Below, in pieces: positions 11,282 to 24,738 of a stretch of DNA of 64,000 nucleotides. Origin of the DNA: Spizellomyces punctatus DAOM BR117 (lineage: Eukaryota); NCBI GenBank assembly GCA_000182565.2, contig KQ257473.1; one strand, given 5' to 3'. The notes under the pieces were generated by a model. The model ran no database searches. It was not told the DNA's origin and saw only the letters and a program-made list of their open reading frames with translations. The position numbers and the translations under genes are program-made. Position 1 is the first letter of the stretch. The number at the start of each line of letters is the position of its first letter.

Positions 11282-13921
11282 ATGGACACGCAGCTCCCAG
11301 GGGCCGTGCTGCAACCTCCGAATACATTGGTTCATCGACATGGACGTGAAGCGTCAGCCTATGACCTTGAATCCAGTATAGATCCCACGAGTGCGGCGAT
11401 CGACGGTCCAACACCTGTAGATATCGTTCATGCAAATGACAGTGGCAAATCGACACCCGAGCCGACCTCGGCACCAGCACAACTGGGTACACTGAAAACG
11501 ACGATCCCACCACCACCCATCGTTTTTCACACTGACGCCGTTATCATCCTCCTGCGCATCCTTCTCATCTTTTTTCTTGTTCCTGGCGTGTCCCTCTGGC
11601 TAACGTTTGCGCTCTGCGTTACAGTCAACGTCGGTTATACAACCTTTTCGCTGATCAATAGCAAGCCATCCAATGAAACTATTCTTTACCTCCTCGCTTT
11701 CGCATTTTATCTGCACGCTTTGCAACGAGTAGTCAGATCATTGTTGCGTACGGCTCTTCGAATGGGTGTGAGCATCTGGCGGTGCGGTTTTGGCGCTGGG
11801 GCAAAGGACATGTGGCCGGGACGGTGGGTGGATCACACGATTATGAAATGGAAGCCGTGGGTCCTCCATATGTTGTGTTTGCCCAGTGTGCCCGATGATT
11901 TGACGGGTGACCTTCCAGCTGGGACACCACAAGGAACGAACAAGGCGCTGACTCTGGGCGACCTCAGCATTGATAAACTCGACCCGCACAGTCCACACGC
12001 AAAGTTCTTTATACGTGTAGAATGGTTCAAACTGTTTCTCCTCTTTCTACTCTTCCTATTGGTGCTGGCTGGACCTCCTTTGGTACTCTCAGTCATTGAT
12101 TTTTGGACGGCGGTTGGATATCTGTGCGCATCGTACGCTTTTGCATCCCTTTTTGCCATTGCGGTTAGCAACCTCTGTGCCCGCCTGTACAGAATTGGAC
12201 GGTATCTGCGAGAGCTATTTCGAAACGAAATGGAACATGATCGTCTTCGTGCAATGTACGTGGCTTCCGCGGGATTTGACAGCAAAAGTAAGGGCGAGGG
12301 GAAGGACGTGGCGAAAGGCCAAGTGCTGAATATCATTGGCAATAGGCTCTTTTGGGGGTCCATCATTGTCTTCGTGTCATCCATCGTTCTCAACTCCATG
12401 CGTGTGTATAGTACCATAGCAGTGCTATGTGGAGTCTTTTTTCTTTTTGGATTGATTGTGAGATGTCGATGGTATCTACCTGGTTATTCCAATCTCACTT
12501 CGGTGCATCAGTATATTGAGAATGTGCTCCCTTACGATGGAAAATCGGCCGCGCCAGCTCTAGTACTCTTTGTTGCGCGCATGCTCTACGACTTTTGTGG
12601 AATAGGGTGTCTTGTAGCTCTGGATATCGGACGCATGAGTATCCAAAGCGACGTTCCTGAGAGGTGGAAGTACTTTGTTGATGTGAAACAGGTGTCGAAT
12701 AGTGTGTTAGCGTCGTATGCTCCAACGTTTTTTGCGATTTTTTTCTTTCGGGACGCTCTATTTCTTCTTCCCGAGAAGCTCATTTCGCATAAAGCCCGAG
12801 TGCCGCTCATGGTATTCGTCACGTTGGCGATGCTTGCCCTCGCTATATCGTTCCGAGCTTCGTACGCACTGTACACTTACAGTACGACACTTTTGATCGC
12901 AATTCTCTCCCTCGATTTGCGGGATGCCAGATTTTACTGGGACCGAGACGGCAAGACCTCCGGTTCTTCCGTCCGACTTCCAAACATTAGACGGGCACAT
13001 CGCACCTCTCTGGTGCTTCTATTTATGCTCTGCACAGCACTTGCGGTATCCGCCATTGTCGGAGTATGTCTCAACTCAAAAGTCCCACCACCTCGTGACA
13101 ATCGTCCTTCATTTCTGCTCCGGAACTCTAGCGTTCTTCCTCCATTTTGCGCCCCGGCATATCCTTACTCTTCCGCTCAACCACTGGATTTACATGCATT
13201 TGCCTCGTTAGCGGAAGCAGCCTACGAAGATTCGCCACTGGCAATGTTAGCTCCCACGCTTTCCCGCCTCAACATGAGCGCATCCCTGATCAGTGTTCCC
13301 GTCACTGGTGACGTTCATTTCGTTCATTTTAATCTTTCTTCAAGTGGAAACTCTTCACCTCTGCATATTATATCTATCCGCGGCACACATGGGCTCGACG
13401 ACGTCTTCCAAGATATATACCTATTCTCAAGCCCGGCACTTCTTCGATTCTCTTCGTACTTTGGCACATTTTTCTCATTGTGGCCCCAACAGACCCTTGC
13501 CCAAGTCGTGAGACTCCTCTACCGATACGCTGCCAATCCAGCCTTGACATACTTCTTTTCCGTTGAGGACTATGTAGCACGAGTAGCTGCAGAAAACTCT
13601 AATGTGTACGTTACGGGACATTCTCTTGGTGGCGGACTAGCGCTACTTACGGGAGCATCAGTAAATGTACCGGCAGTAGGATTTTCGGCACCTGGGCTAG
13701 CCAGCTCATATTTAGCATTCGGGGTGACAGATAAAGACACGTTGATGACTGGCAACGTTAATACCTGGTTAGATGGAGACCCCGTACCAACGCTGGACGG
13801 GCAAATGGGAAGTGTGGTGGTTTTGCCGTGCGGGACAGAGACATGGGGTGCTGGGTGTCATAGCTCAGTGCGAATCATTGAAAGAATCGCAAAGCTGTGT
13901 CGTATCGCGACTGCAACTTAG
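11282..13921 (+). CDS. Polytopic membrane protein with C-terminal class 3 lipase domain
   Basis: 879-aa ORF; many hydrophobic helices, then SIRGT, TGHSLGG (GxSxG), FSAPG, DPVP, CHS. Confidence 0.88.
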   Translation: MDTQLPGAVLQPPNTLVHRHGREASAYDLESSIDPTSAAIDGPTPVDIVHANDSGKSTPEPTSAPAQLGTLKTTIPPPPIVFHTDAVIILLRILLIFFLVPGVSLWLTFALCVTVNVGYTTFSLINSKPSNETILYLLAFAFYLHALQRVVRSLLRTALRMGVSIWRCGFGAGAKDMWPGRWVDHTIMKWKPWVLHMLCLPSVPDDLTGDLPAGTPQGTNKALTLGDLSIDKLDPHSPHAKFFIRVEWFKLFLLFLLFLLVLAGPPLVLSVIDFWTAVGYLCASYAFASLFAIAVSNLCARLYRIGRYLRELFRNEMEHDRLRAMYVASAGFDSKSKGEGKDVAKGQVLNIIGNRLFWGSIIVFVSSIVLNSMRVYSTIAVLCGVFFLFGLIVRCRWYLPGYSNLTSVHQYIENVLPYDGKSAAPALVLFVARMLYDFCGIGCLVALDIGRMSIQSDVPERWKYFVDVKQVSNSVLASYAPTFFAIFFFRDALFLLPEKLISHKARVPLMVFVTLAMLALAISFRASYALYTYSTTLLIAILSLDLRDARFYWDRDGKTSGSSVRLPNIRRAHRTSLVLLFMLCTALAVSAIVGVCLNSKVPPPRDNRPSFLLRNSSVLPPFCAPAYPYSSAQPLDLHAFASLAEAAYEDSPLAMLAPTLSRLNMSASLISVPVTGDVHFVHFNLSSSGNSSPLHIISIRGTHGLDDVFQDIYLFSSPALLRFSSYFGTFFSLWPQQTLAQVVRLLYRYAANPALTYFFSVEDYVARVAAENSNVYVTGHSLGGGLALLTGASVNVPAVGFSAPGLASSYLAFGVTDKDTLMTGNVNTWLDGDPVPTLDGQMGSVVVLPCGTETWGAGCHSSVRIIERIAKLCRIATAT

Positions 13922-14161
13922 GCACATATACTACCTGTTTCTTAGAGTTGGCGATTTCTGATACCCTCATTATTTTTTTAAATACTATGGCATTGCACTG
14001 CAAAATCAGTCTGTGCTCAAAGTTACCTTCAGATGCAGATGCCGACACATGTCACAGCAACGGCATAGTGCTGTCCCATATGAATTCGTCAGAAATCCAG
14101 TCATTTCATGACACTGATTGTATTTGGATATACTTCATTCGTTTGGATTACATAGACTTTT

Positions 14162-16619
14162 CTAATCACGTCTCTCTACACAATTATAAGGAAAAAATCC
14201 AGCAACGTTTTTTGTAGCATTGTAACCTTGGGCCCATCCATCTTTAAAAAGCTCCCTAAAAAGTGTCATGTAAATCACGGGCGAAGCAACAGAAACAACT
14301 AGCGCTTATTCAACTTACTTTACGTAAATTACATCTCCGGGAGATACTTCCATCTCATCCGTGTTCGCCTTGCTTCGGGGGGTGAACCGTAATTTACCCA
14401 TGTGAGGTAAACCTTGATTGTTTGAGTCCTCGACTTGAATTTCTGCCTTTTGGATAACGTCCATGGGAACAGCAGACTCGCCCATTTCTACACCCGTTTT
14501 TGTGATCGCCATAGTTGGTGCGGAATACTCTTGCATTGCAGGTATCGCAGGCTTTTCCGGCATTACGGGCACTGCGGGCACTGCGGGCATCGCGGGCATC
14601 GCGGGCATCGCGGGCATAGCGGGTACGATTGTTCTCAAAGGCATAACCACAGGATGTGACAATTCCCGTTCACCAAGAGTAGCATAAGGAGGTGGGCTAC
14701 TCTGTGTGTAGCCACGTTCCAGAAGAGGAGTAGACTGCGGAACAGGCGGCGATACCGGCCGCACCTCGGATGCACTGGAACTATCAAAGGAGGTGTGGCT
14801 TGGGTGCATGGACGGTATAGGGGAAGGAGAATTGGAAGCAACGGGATGCCCCTGGTATACGCTCGAGGAGCGAGGACTCATGCCACCATTGTCCCAACTT
14901 ATTGGCCGATAAACTGAGCTCCTCGTAGCAGAGTCAAAGGACATTGTATGTTGGGAAGTTTGATGACCCAACGGCACTTGTTGATATGCCGCAGGAATCA
15001 TGAGCTCCTCGTGAGGACTGGGGCTATGAAGCGTCGCCACTTCACTGGGATGAGCAGACGGAGGCCTCCCATCATTGGGTTTGTTCGTTTGGTTCGCTTG
15101 CAAAACGCAGTGCGTGACGTTGCCCGACTCTTTTGGATGTCGACGACGACGTTTCCCGTAAAAAATCAAGGCTGCAGCTGCCAGTACTACTGCGGCTCCA
15201 CCGCCCGCTGCTCCAGCAATAACGGCAGTGTTAGAGGTGCTCTTCTCCGCAGAGGTCACACCGGGGGGATTTTGTCGATCTTCGGTACTATTGGAAGGAG
15301 GAGGAGGATTTGTTCCCTTGGGAAGTGCTGCCAAAGCTGCAGTGTCATCGACCCATTTCCGATCCTGTACATTGAAAAAGTACATGTTTGGATCTTGCGC
15401 AGTGTCCGTAAGGTCCCGTCCCCCAACGATTGCTAAAATGTTTCCAACAGCAAGCATCGACGAATAGCCGCGAGCCGATGGCTGGGTGCTCGCAGGTACA
15501 GCAAAATAAGGAGAGATTTGTTCCCAGGAATGACTCGCAGGATCAAATCTCCACACGTCATTGGTCCCCGTCGTTGCCGAGTTTTTTCCACCAAACATGT
15601 AAATAGACCCTTGCACGTTTGCGCAGCGCGCGCCTTGCCGGGCTGAGGGATAAGCACCTTTTGCTTTCACCTCAGCAGTGATATCCTTCCACCCGGTAGT
15701 GACATCGTAAATCCATGTCTCGTCATTATATGCACCGGCGTATCCACCAAACATCACAAAGGACGTCAAACTGATGTCGGCCATGCACATGTGGGAGCGC
15801 CTTTGAGGGGTACCGATGGTTGAACTCTCAAGCGTCTTTGATACCAAGTTGATGACGTACAAGTCCTGGTAGGCGTTAAGCTCTAAATGGACGGCAACGG
15901 TTATTCCAAATGGTTCCAATATCAGCACACTCGAGGCCAGCTGGCGCTGGCCAATGACTAGTTCAAGTCTTACCAACGTTGGCAGCAGCTGGCGCTTGGC
16001 CTCCAAAAATGTACAGTTTGTCTCCCAGTAGGGCACTACCCATGTTCCAGCGGGGAGTTATTGACGGATAAGAGGTGCTGCTTTGATCCGACGGGTTGTC
16101 TGGATTAAACACTGTCAACACCATTGGCTGACTTTGGTAGTTTACATCCATCCCGCCTACAGATAATAAATGTATAGTCAGTTGTGATGGGTTATTTGGG
16201 ACAGCACCTCAAAGCTCTGATTTCTCACCGATACAAGCAACTCTGGATCGGTGTTGTACACAACTCGCCGACATGCTCGTAGGCATAAAGCCCGCTGTGT
16301 ATTTCGTAGAAACGTCGAATCGTGACTGTCCAAAGTTTACGGTTACTGTATTCCTAGCAAGATCCTCCACATATGCCTGTGTCGTTTCATCTGAATCAAC
16401 ATGGTCAGAAACGCTCAATGAATGTATCGTTTGCACACACTATAAACGACTCGGAAACATACTACGAGTCGACAATTTATTGCCACCCCACATATTCAAC
16501 GTATTCTGTCCAAGAGTAAAGATGCAGTTGGCCCGAGCGGGAGGAACATACAAGGCAGCAACTGGCGACAAGAGGACGCCAAGAGCAACGAGAAGCACGA
16601 TAGCGGGCATCATCATCAT
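14162..16619 (-). CDS. Type I membrane protein: signal peptide, kelch repeats, TM helix, C-terminal SH3
   Basis: MMMPAIVLLVALG signal; kelch motifs YIFGG, VMFGG, YMFGG, IVGG; TM AVIAGAAGGGAAVVLAAAALIFY; SH3 DEMEVSPGDVIYVK spliced to ELFKDGWAQGYN..GFFPYNCV, stop at 14162-14164. Confidence 0.85.
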
Positions 16620-17432
16620 GGTGCTTGCTCCGTTGGATAGATGGATTGGCCTTGATGGCAGATAATATCAAAAACAAAACTCGCTGTAAAAAAACACACA
16701 CAGCCTTTGGGAAGAAGAACACACCAACTGCCTTTTATCTTGCTTCTCGTCGTCGTTTTGCGTCGTTCGATTTTTGTTTTTTCGCTCCAAAGGAGGGTTT
16801 GGATATTTTACCCGGGAAATAAGAAAGTGGTGTCTTGTCTGCCTCAGCAAAACAAAAGATTTTGTCTCCCACCGTCTCCTGGGGAACAAAATTTTAACAA
16901 ATATGGAAGGTGGATCAGATAATCTTCTCAGGTTTTGACTTTTTGGCTTTTGGATACCAGATGATCGGACTATATGGAACAATTGTACCATGTTCCTGGT
17001 ATTTGGGGCTCTCCGAACAGCCTCCGCGTGTTGAAAAGAACTACGAAGAGGCTCATGGGCGGGTTGTCAGTTGGTTTTGCATATTGGCCTCAAGTACGCC
17101 TCTGCGTAGGATTGCGGGTTGATGGCGATTTTGGGAACGTTATTCAAAAGCACCAATGTGACTGTCTGTACCTTTTCGATTGACCATTCCACACGGTGTT
17201 CTGCTCGATTTACGCTGCACAGCTTTTCCATGCATGGTTGCTGGTGTGCGAGACATTTGTGCATTCTGCTCATTTGGTGAATAGTGTCTGGTATGTACTA
17301 ATTCTGATGAAAAGTGTCCTTGCCCCACCCAGCGACACCCAGCGACAATGAAAATTAAACAAGTGCTTCCTATAAAACATCTCAGGACGATTCCTATATG
17401 TACTTGCAAACAATGTGCTCTACGCAACATTT

Positions 17433-20105
17433 CTATATCTCTTTGGGAAATTTATCCGCAAAACTCCTGGATCTCTTCATATGCGCTCTTTCCAGTGTGC
17501 CCAAATCTGTCTCGCTACCTGTTCGATGAATCGGTGACGGGTTTTCGACAAGCCCCGGTAGATCCGTCATGGATTTCAGTGGCCTCAGGACAGCAGTAGC
17601 TGGAGGCGAAGGGTATCGGTCATCCGTTGACAGGGAGCTGGAGGACTTGTTGCGATGCGGAGAAGCAGGCAAGCTGGGAGGTGGACCAATAAGAGTTGAG
17701 TTGATTGATGACTTTGATGAGTTGGCATTCAAAGTCGCTAGACTGCTACGAGAGGAGCTAGGTGACGGACCGCTCTGACTGAAACTTCCTCGGCTGCTTC
17801 GTGCCGCAGATGCAATGCTCGAGCGCGAAGCGAAACTGGACCGGGAGGAGAGAATTGAAATCGTATCCGCTTCTTGAGCGGTTTTGCGCGTTGTTCCCCA
17901 CGTAAAATCGTCCAATCGCCCTATATACGAATAGTTTTGCTCATTTTAAAAGCCATCATTTTGCCAGACCACAAAAGAACACACTCACAGCAAGACCACA
18001 GCGGAATCACAATTGAAAAGATTGGAAAGCACAGCACAAAGGGTATGTACCAAAACAACTGCTCGAAATGCAACGTCGCAATGGTGATGATCAATCCAAC
18101 CGATAAAAGAACAAAGGACGTGACCATCGGGAAAAGGTATAATCCGGCTTCAACAACTGCGCAAAAGACCAAGTAAAGGAACTGGAGAGTCAACACTGGC
18201 GTAATGAGACAAACCCCGAGTTCGACCAACACGACAAAGCGCAGAGCCAGACCGCGAAGGCCTGACCGAGGATCATATGCAAAGACCTCAATGTGATTGT
18301 GGATAAGAGAGTTTGTCCATCGTCTTCGTTGGTTGAGGAGAATAGGAAGCGAAGTAGGGACGCTGGTTATACAAATCGCTTTTGGGATAAACTCGGTGTG
18401 CATGCGATGAAACTTGCGTAGAAGGAGTGTACTAAGGAACCGGTCTTCTCCGATCTTATATCTAAAAGAAAGCAAATCATCAACATCTTATGGTCCGGCG
18501 TTCGATGATCGTAGTGATCAACTTACAAGTTACATCTGTGCATTGTCAACTCAAATGGCTCGCCCGTGTATGGATTGCTTCCGTTATACATGGCAATGAT
18601 AAAATCGTCGCAGAGCCGGGGTTCCCACTGCCCTGTATCGGGATTCTTTTGCTTGATTCGGTACACTGCAAAGCAACCAGAGAGCACGAGAATTTCTCCC
18701 AAAAGGCTTTCAAATGACTTTAGGAACCGATGAGTAATGAAATACTCATATACTTGTGCCGCGGCCGTAATTGACTCCCATTTGTTTTCAACCGCCGTTT
18801 CGCCCGTCGTTCCCAGAATGGTTGGATCGCGCTCCATCACGTTAATTTGACGGGATAGCCCATCTGGCAAGACATATGTATCGGCGTCGGTGAGAAGAAA
18901 GTATTCAAAGTCAAGCGGGTCTAGACCGAGATCCTTAAAATGCTGGTCTAGTTCAATATCGAGGGCTGACCACTTGTCACGCCTGTTCTTCCAGAAATTG
19001 ACCGATCGAAGAAACTTCATGATGATGAGCTGAGAATCTCTCTTGCTCCGGTTCCCAAGCTTTGAAATATCCGTGTCGTTCAGGCCAACTTTTACTACCA
19101 CAATGTAAGGAACACTGCAGTGTTCCGTCTCATGCCATCCCGAGTATACTTGAGCAGCATTCATGCGAAGGTCTCCAACTCCAGTGGAAGGGTAAGTAAC
19201 CGGATCGCGCTCATCCCCTTCCCAGAATAACACATCGTGCAGCAAGATATCGGGTGTTGGCATTTTTTGGTTCTTGCCGACAATCAACCCGTCCATGACC
19301 AGAAACAACAGCTTTTTCTCATCCGGATACTCCAGGTCCGCCACAGAATCCACTGTTTTTTGCAAAACGTCTTTGGTCTCTGAATAGCAAGGGACATGGA
19401 GAATCACACCTTTTTGGAGACTGTCATTTGTCGGGTAGGATTTGAATTGTGTGTAAGCCGACGCAATGACAATGACGATGAGCACGATGCCGGAAAGACC
19501 AGAGAGGACCAGGATGATCCAAGAGTAGTAATAACAAAACGTGTCCTGCGGGTACAGAGAGCGTAGGAATTCAAGCTTTGCGCGGGTTTTTGGTGCAATC
19601 ACCATTTCTGGTGTGTAAATGGATGGGTCGGGGCACCAAAAGACGGGAATGTACAGGACAATGAACAGTCCGATGACGGTAATTAGGAGGAGAAGAACGC
19701 ATACTGCAAGCTTTTCACGCCTTTTTGAACCGAAACGGTTTGGTGAGTTGTGTAAAAATCGGCAAAAAAGACGAGGGGACTACCCACCATGCAATGCGTG
19801 CATCTTCTCGTGTAATGAGTCTCCGCAAAATAAAATCCGGGATGAAGAACGTCAGGATTCTTGTCATGATCATCCATGCTTTATACCACCTGCAAGACAA
19901 GGGCCACCATCAGTCCTTGTTTTTTGGAGGCAACACCTAATACGTATGGAGACCCGTACTTGTCACTACTCTCAGGCCACAATACCATGCGCCTTCTTCG
20001 TACAGGGGGCACTCCATCGTCTTGATCTCGCCTCCTTCTGCGGTCCCGTCTCGCGTCGCGGGCTAGCGGAGAAGGAACCTGGGGTTGGGTCGAAGGCACG
20101 TTCAT
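17433..20105 (-). CDS. Chitin synthase (GT2, division 2-like, no myosin motor seen)
   Basis: GNRSKRDSQ, TDADT, QVYEYFITH, VLSGCF, GEDRFLSTLL, QRRRW, DDFTWG. Inferred first exon MNVPST.. splices in frame to WYKAW..LTFFIPDF. Confidence 0.93.
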
Positions 20106-20970
20106 CCGTCCGCCCGCCAAGAGAGTTTAAAAGTTGTGAAACTGTTCGTCGTATAACGAAAGACGATAAAGAAAGCAATGGGCCTGTACAGGATTTTTGG
20201 ACAGTTGCCTCACGAGTGATTCATGATCCTTGGAAAAAAGAGAACTGATTCTGTCGATTTTCTTCTTTAGCAACCAAATGATGACGACAAAGTTGGGATT
20301 TGGGGACAACCCGATTATTGTGCAAATCCGAGGCCTGTTTTTTTTTTCTCCTTTTGTCTTTTGCAGACCTTTAGCCACGGACGGGGCGGCGTCACTATTT
20401 CCTTTTGTTCCTTTTGAACGTTGAAAACATTTGAAGAAAAAGAGCACCAACGAGTGAAACGAAATCCCATCGTAACGCGGAAGTCAAACCGATCGCGAAG
20501 AAACCTTCTTCAGCCCCAAAAACCAGTTTTTGGAACTGCCGCAAGTCAAAAAGTTTCATTTCGCGTGTTTTGTTTGTTTTACAGTGCGTGGAAATCCGTC
20601 CTCCAAACACGTTTTCGTTTTGGCCATGCCATGCGGGGAGAAGCGATAAAAGAAAACGCAAAAAGCTCTTTACTAAAAGCGTCCTTTTTCAAAAAGCAAC
20701 TTACTTGCTAAAACGCATGCGAGGCAAGCGACTTTCACACTTAAGTGTTCAAATAAATAAATAAAAAAAAACCCAAATAAAAACGCGCGACTAAACCACC
20801 CCATCAAATCAACTCGAAAATTGCAACTTTTCAAAACTCAAAGCGGATCGCCAACGGAAAGCCACCAGTTGGGAAGCGATGCTTTATAATCTAGTTTCTT
20901 TTTATTTTGCATTTTAGGCGGGGACCTGGCACGCTTGGTCGCATCGTTCTCTCCTGCATAACGGAAAACC

Positions 20971-22444
20971 ATGCGGACAAGCATCGTGCTTCTTGCCCTG
21001 ATCTGGTTCATGGTGGATGTGGACGGTGCTGTACTCAAAAGGCAGCAGACGGGAATAGAAAGGAATGCACCTTGCGGGAACGGAATTGGAACTTGCGCAG
21101 AAGGATTGTGTTGCTCGGAATGGGGGGTGAGTTACGGTGGTTTTTCTTTATTTTGATCATTCTAGAGATTTTTTTGGCTTGCCTGTCAGCTACTAAACGT
21201 TTTCGTTGATCACCTGTAGTGGTGTGGTTCTACAATCGATCATTGTTCCGGAAACTGTCAACCTTCTTTCGGTACGTGCTACGGCCAGAGTCCCACACCT
21301 ATCGCTCAAGCCAACGAAAACTGCGGACCGGGAAAAGCGACATGCGGTGGAGGGCTCTGCTGCAGTCAATACGGTAGCTGTGGTCCCTTCGATGCAGATC
21401 CAGTTCGTGCGTCCTATTGTGGAATTGGGTGCCAGGTCGGTTTTGGAGTATGCGATAGCGAGACTCCTCCTACGATTCGGAACCTGGATCAGTCCTGCGG
21501 GAATGGGATTGGAAGTTGTGGATTCGGGGCATGTTGCAGTGCAAACGGGGAATGCGGATACACGTCCGATCACTGTGCAGACGGATGCCAATCTGGATTT
21601 GGCAATTGCAATAATCCACCCGCCACGCCCATCTTTACCTGTTCCAAACCGAACGGCTTTCTTCTCACCTACGATGATGGCCCTGCAGTCCTCACTGACG
21701 GCCTATTGGATTACCTAAAATCCAAAAATGCAAAGGCAACCTTTTTCATGAACGGCAAAAACTACAAGCAATACTTTAGTAACGGCAATCTGAACACTCC
21801 CTTTGGTATTCTGGCTCTAGCATCCACTGTTCAGCGCGCTGCAAATGACGGCCATCAACTCTGTATGCATGGCTTCACGCACACAGATGCCATCACCGCC
21901 AGCGAGCGCAACTTTACCTACGAAATCACAGAAACAACTCGCGTCTTTGCACAAGCTCTAGGTCGAGTTCCTACCTGCTTTCGATTTCCATATGGCGATT
22001 TCGAAGACAAACATTTGAGAATTCTCGGAGGAATGGGAATTACGCCCATCTTGTGGGATGCGGATCCAAGAGATTGGGAAAATGGGGATCCACAGGGCGG
22101 ACTGACGGAATTGCAGAACACTGCGCCAAATCCAGGGAGTGTGTCCCATATCGTTTTGAACCATGATGTGGTGAATAATACGTGAGTAAACACTGTCTAA
22201 TCTCAATTACATGCATTTGTAGAGCAGTTTGTCACATACTTTCACATCGTTTTTCAGAGCCGACTTTCGTCCCACTCGTGCTGTACCTAAAAACCTCGCA
22301 GAACTGTCTGTTGAGTACCTCCAATCCAAAAACTTTCAGTTCCTAACAGCGGCAGACTGCGTCGGCGACGGTCAAACACCCTTGTATAGAAATCCCACCC
22401 CAAATGATTTGGTCTGTAGACCGGAGGGATGCTTTGAGAATTAA
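20971..22444 (+). CDS. Secreted chitin deacetylase (CE4/NodB) with three hevein-like CBM18 modules
   Basis: Signal peptide; three CG..C..CCS..G.CG modules; NodB motifs TYDDGP, HGFTH, FRFPYG, DW, LNHD; two GTGAGT introns. Confidence 0.92.
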
Positions 22445-22913
22445 TGTCGAATCGACTTGCGGAGATGCTTTTGAGCATCTGTTATGGTTGGGGCATGTAT
22501 AGGTCCCCTGGTTTTGGTCACGAGAAATGCGATGCGTCCATGGCGATGCGGCTGCAACCTCCAGCAAATGTGCTTGTAAATGATCACACAAGGAGCAAGC
22601 TGGCAGTAGATAGATAATACACACAAGATTTATTTGCAATGGGTTTGAACGCACCCAGATTTACAATAAAGATATACAGTTTGAGCATACTGCCATGCAA
22701 AAGTATTGTACCAGAAAAGCAAAGAGTGTTTTTTGCAAAATGATGCGCTTCTTACGAAGCACCCGCCCTGGGTCTTTAGGCTTCTTCAAAAGAACGCAGC
22801 CAATAAAGCGAGGTATCCGTGTCTGAAGATATTTAACCAGTGTAAATGTACGTTGGGTTAAAGTGTTCATCTTACCATTTGGTGCCTTCCACATGGGCAT
22901 GAGCGCCGCGTTG

Positions 22914-23577
22914 TCAGTGTGATGGCGATTCTGACGGTTCTGGCGGTTCTGAATATTGCTCAAGAGCTCTCAGCGGCTTTTCCATTGACTTTGGAGTAAT
23001 GTTGGCGAATGCTTTTAGCATCTCTTCGGCTACATAGGAGGTGCGACCAGATTAGTCTGCGAACAGGTATGACCCAAGAAGCATGTCTCTCTACTCACCT
23101 GGCGACCCAGGGAGTTGAACCAGAGTGTCAAACTTGCGCGGATGAGATTCGGAGCGGCGATCGATTTCAACATGAAAAACGTCAGCAGCTGTGCTGCTAC
23201 TGCCCTCTCCATTGGTGTTCCAGGTGTCAGATTTGACAAAGATTCCACGAGCGGCTAACGCGGCCAGGACCGCCACAGCGCTCTTGTCTATCGCTGCGAG
23301 CTTCTGGGACTCGCGGGTTGGACTGCTGGGGATCCATCTCAATATTCTTCGGTAGTATTCACGGCCGCTACTGGTCCATTCGAATTCTTTGGAAGCCAAG
23401 TCAACGGGTTAGAGTTAAATGTAGATACTATCATGAGACTGTACTGGCACCTTTAGTGGGCTCGTCGTGTTGGAGCGGGTCCGTCTCCGCGGATGGTTGC
23501 TGCGATGGAGCGTCATTGGAAGGCCCCGACGGTTTTGCTGCTTTTCGGACTGCTGATTTGGTTTTGGCTTTGGGCAT
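22914..23577 (-). CDS. Orphan protein, short copy in the tandem duplication (3 predicted exons)
   Basis: MPKAKTKSAVRKAAK.., then EFEWTSSGREYY.., then AEEMLKAFANITPKSM; GT-AG introns with branch-like sites. Confidence 0.5.
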
Positions 23578-24738
23578 GGTGTTTGATGCAGACTGATTTC
23601 GATCGCTAGTAAACAAAGTAGTTTTGCTCTGCAGCTTTATAAGAGTCCTCTCAAAGTCTATATTTGTTCCCATGACATTACATACTACAGTCGAGCCCCG
23701 TTTGGCTAGGTTACTGCAGTCGAGACCCTACGAATTAGGTTCTAAATACACTATGCTAAATGCACTATGCTCCATCTAGGTATCTAGAGTGGTGAAGAAT
23801 TCGAACACTCCGTTATGTGAGCGTCATTGTGTTCATATCACAGATTACTAGATAAAAGTACCATACTCCCAGTTCCTTCAAGATTTCCCACAACAAATTG
23901 GATGCAACATATCCACATGTGTGCAAGGAACGCAAACAGTGCAGCTTGGGTGAGGCTAATGACAGATTCCTCTTCTTGACAATAAAATGTTGGACTTTAT
24001 GAATGAAACAAGTTAGACCGTTCAAAATGAAACTATCGGGTGTTCGTGTAAATGTCAAGTCGGTTGGACGCTTTGAGCATCCCCGTTTTGTTGGTCACCA
24101 GAAATGCATGCATAAAAATAAAGATGCGCTCCCACCAAATGTGCTTGTAAATAATCACACAAGGAGGTCCTGGCAGTCCATGCGAGTTGCATGTCCACGT
24201 ACTTGAAATACTCTTAACAAGCAAATGGATAAATACATATGGGAACCCAAAGCATGAAGGATGGATGCACATGAGAAACACCAAAGACTCTGCTGTTTAT
24301 TCGGTGTGATGATGCCTGGGGGAAACCTCCTAAAACCCATTAACAAAGGATTCATACACAATGGCTTTGGCCCAATGCGTCAGCTGCGGTAACCTTTGCA
24401 AATGTTTGCAAGAGGAAGCAGTAGGGATATAATGTACAAGATGTATTTGCAATGGCGCAATCAATTTTACAAAAAGATATACAATTTCAATGCACTTATC
24501 GTCCTAAGAAAAGCGAAACGATAGCTTCGTATGAAGCGCCCGTCCTGGGTCTGAAGGCTTGTCCAAGAAAAATGCATCCAGTCAAGTGAGATCTCACCCT
24601 TGAAGAGTACAAAGCGGCACAGGGAACAACAAAAAGGCGAATATTCAGAGAGTGTAAATGTAGGTTGGTTTAAAGTGTGCATCATACCATTGTTGAATCT
24701 GTCAGCCATCTCGTTACGTTTGCGGAGCAGGGAATACC

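Noticed and set aside
14564..14625. 9-bp tandem repeat
   Set aside because: Encodes PAM/PAV repeats in a disordered protein tail; ordinary coding minisatellite.
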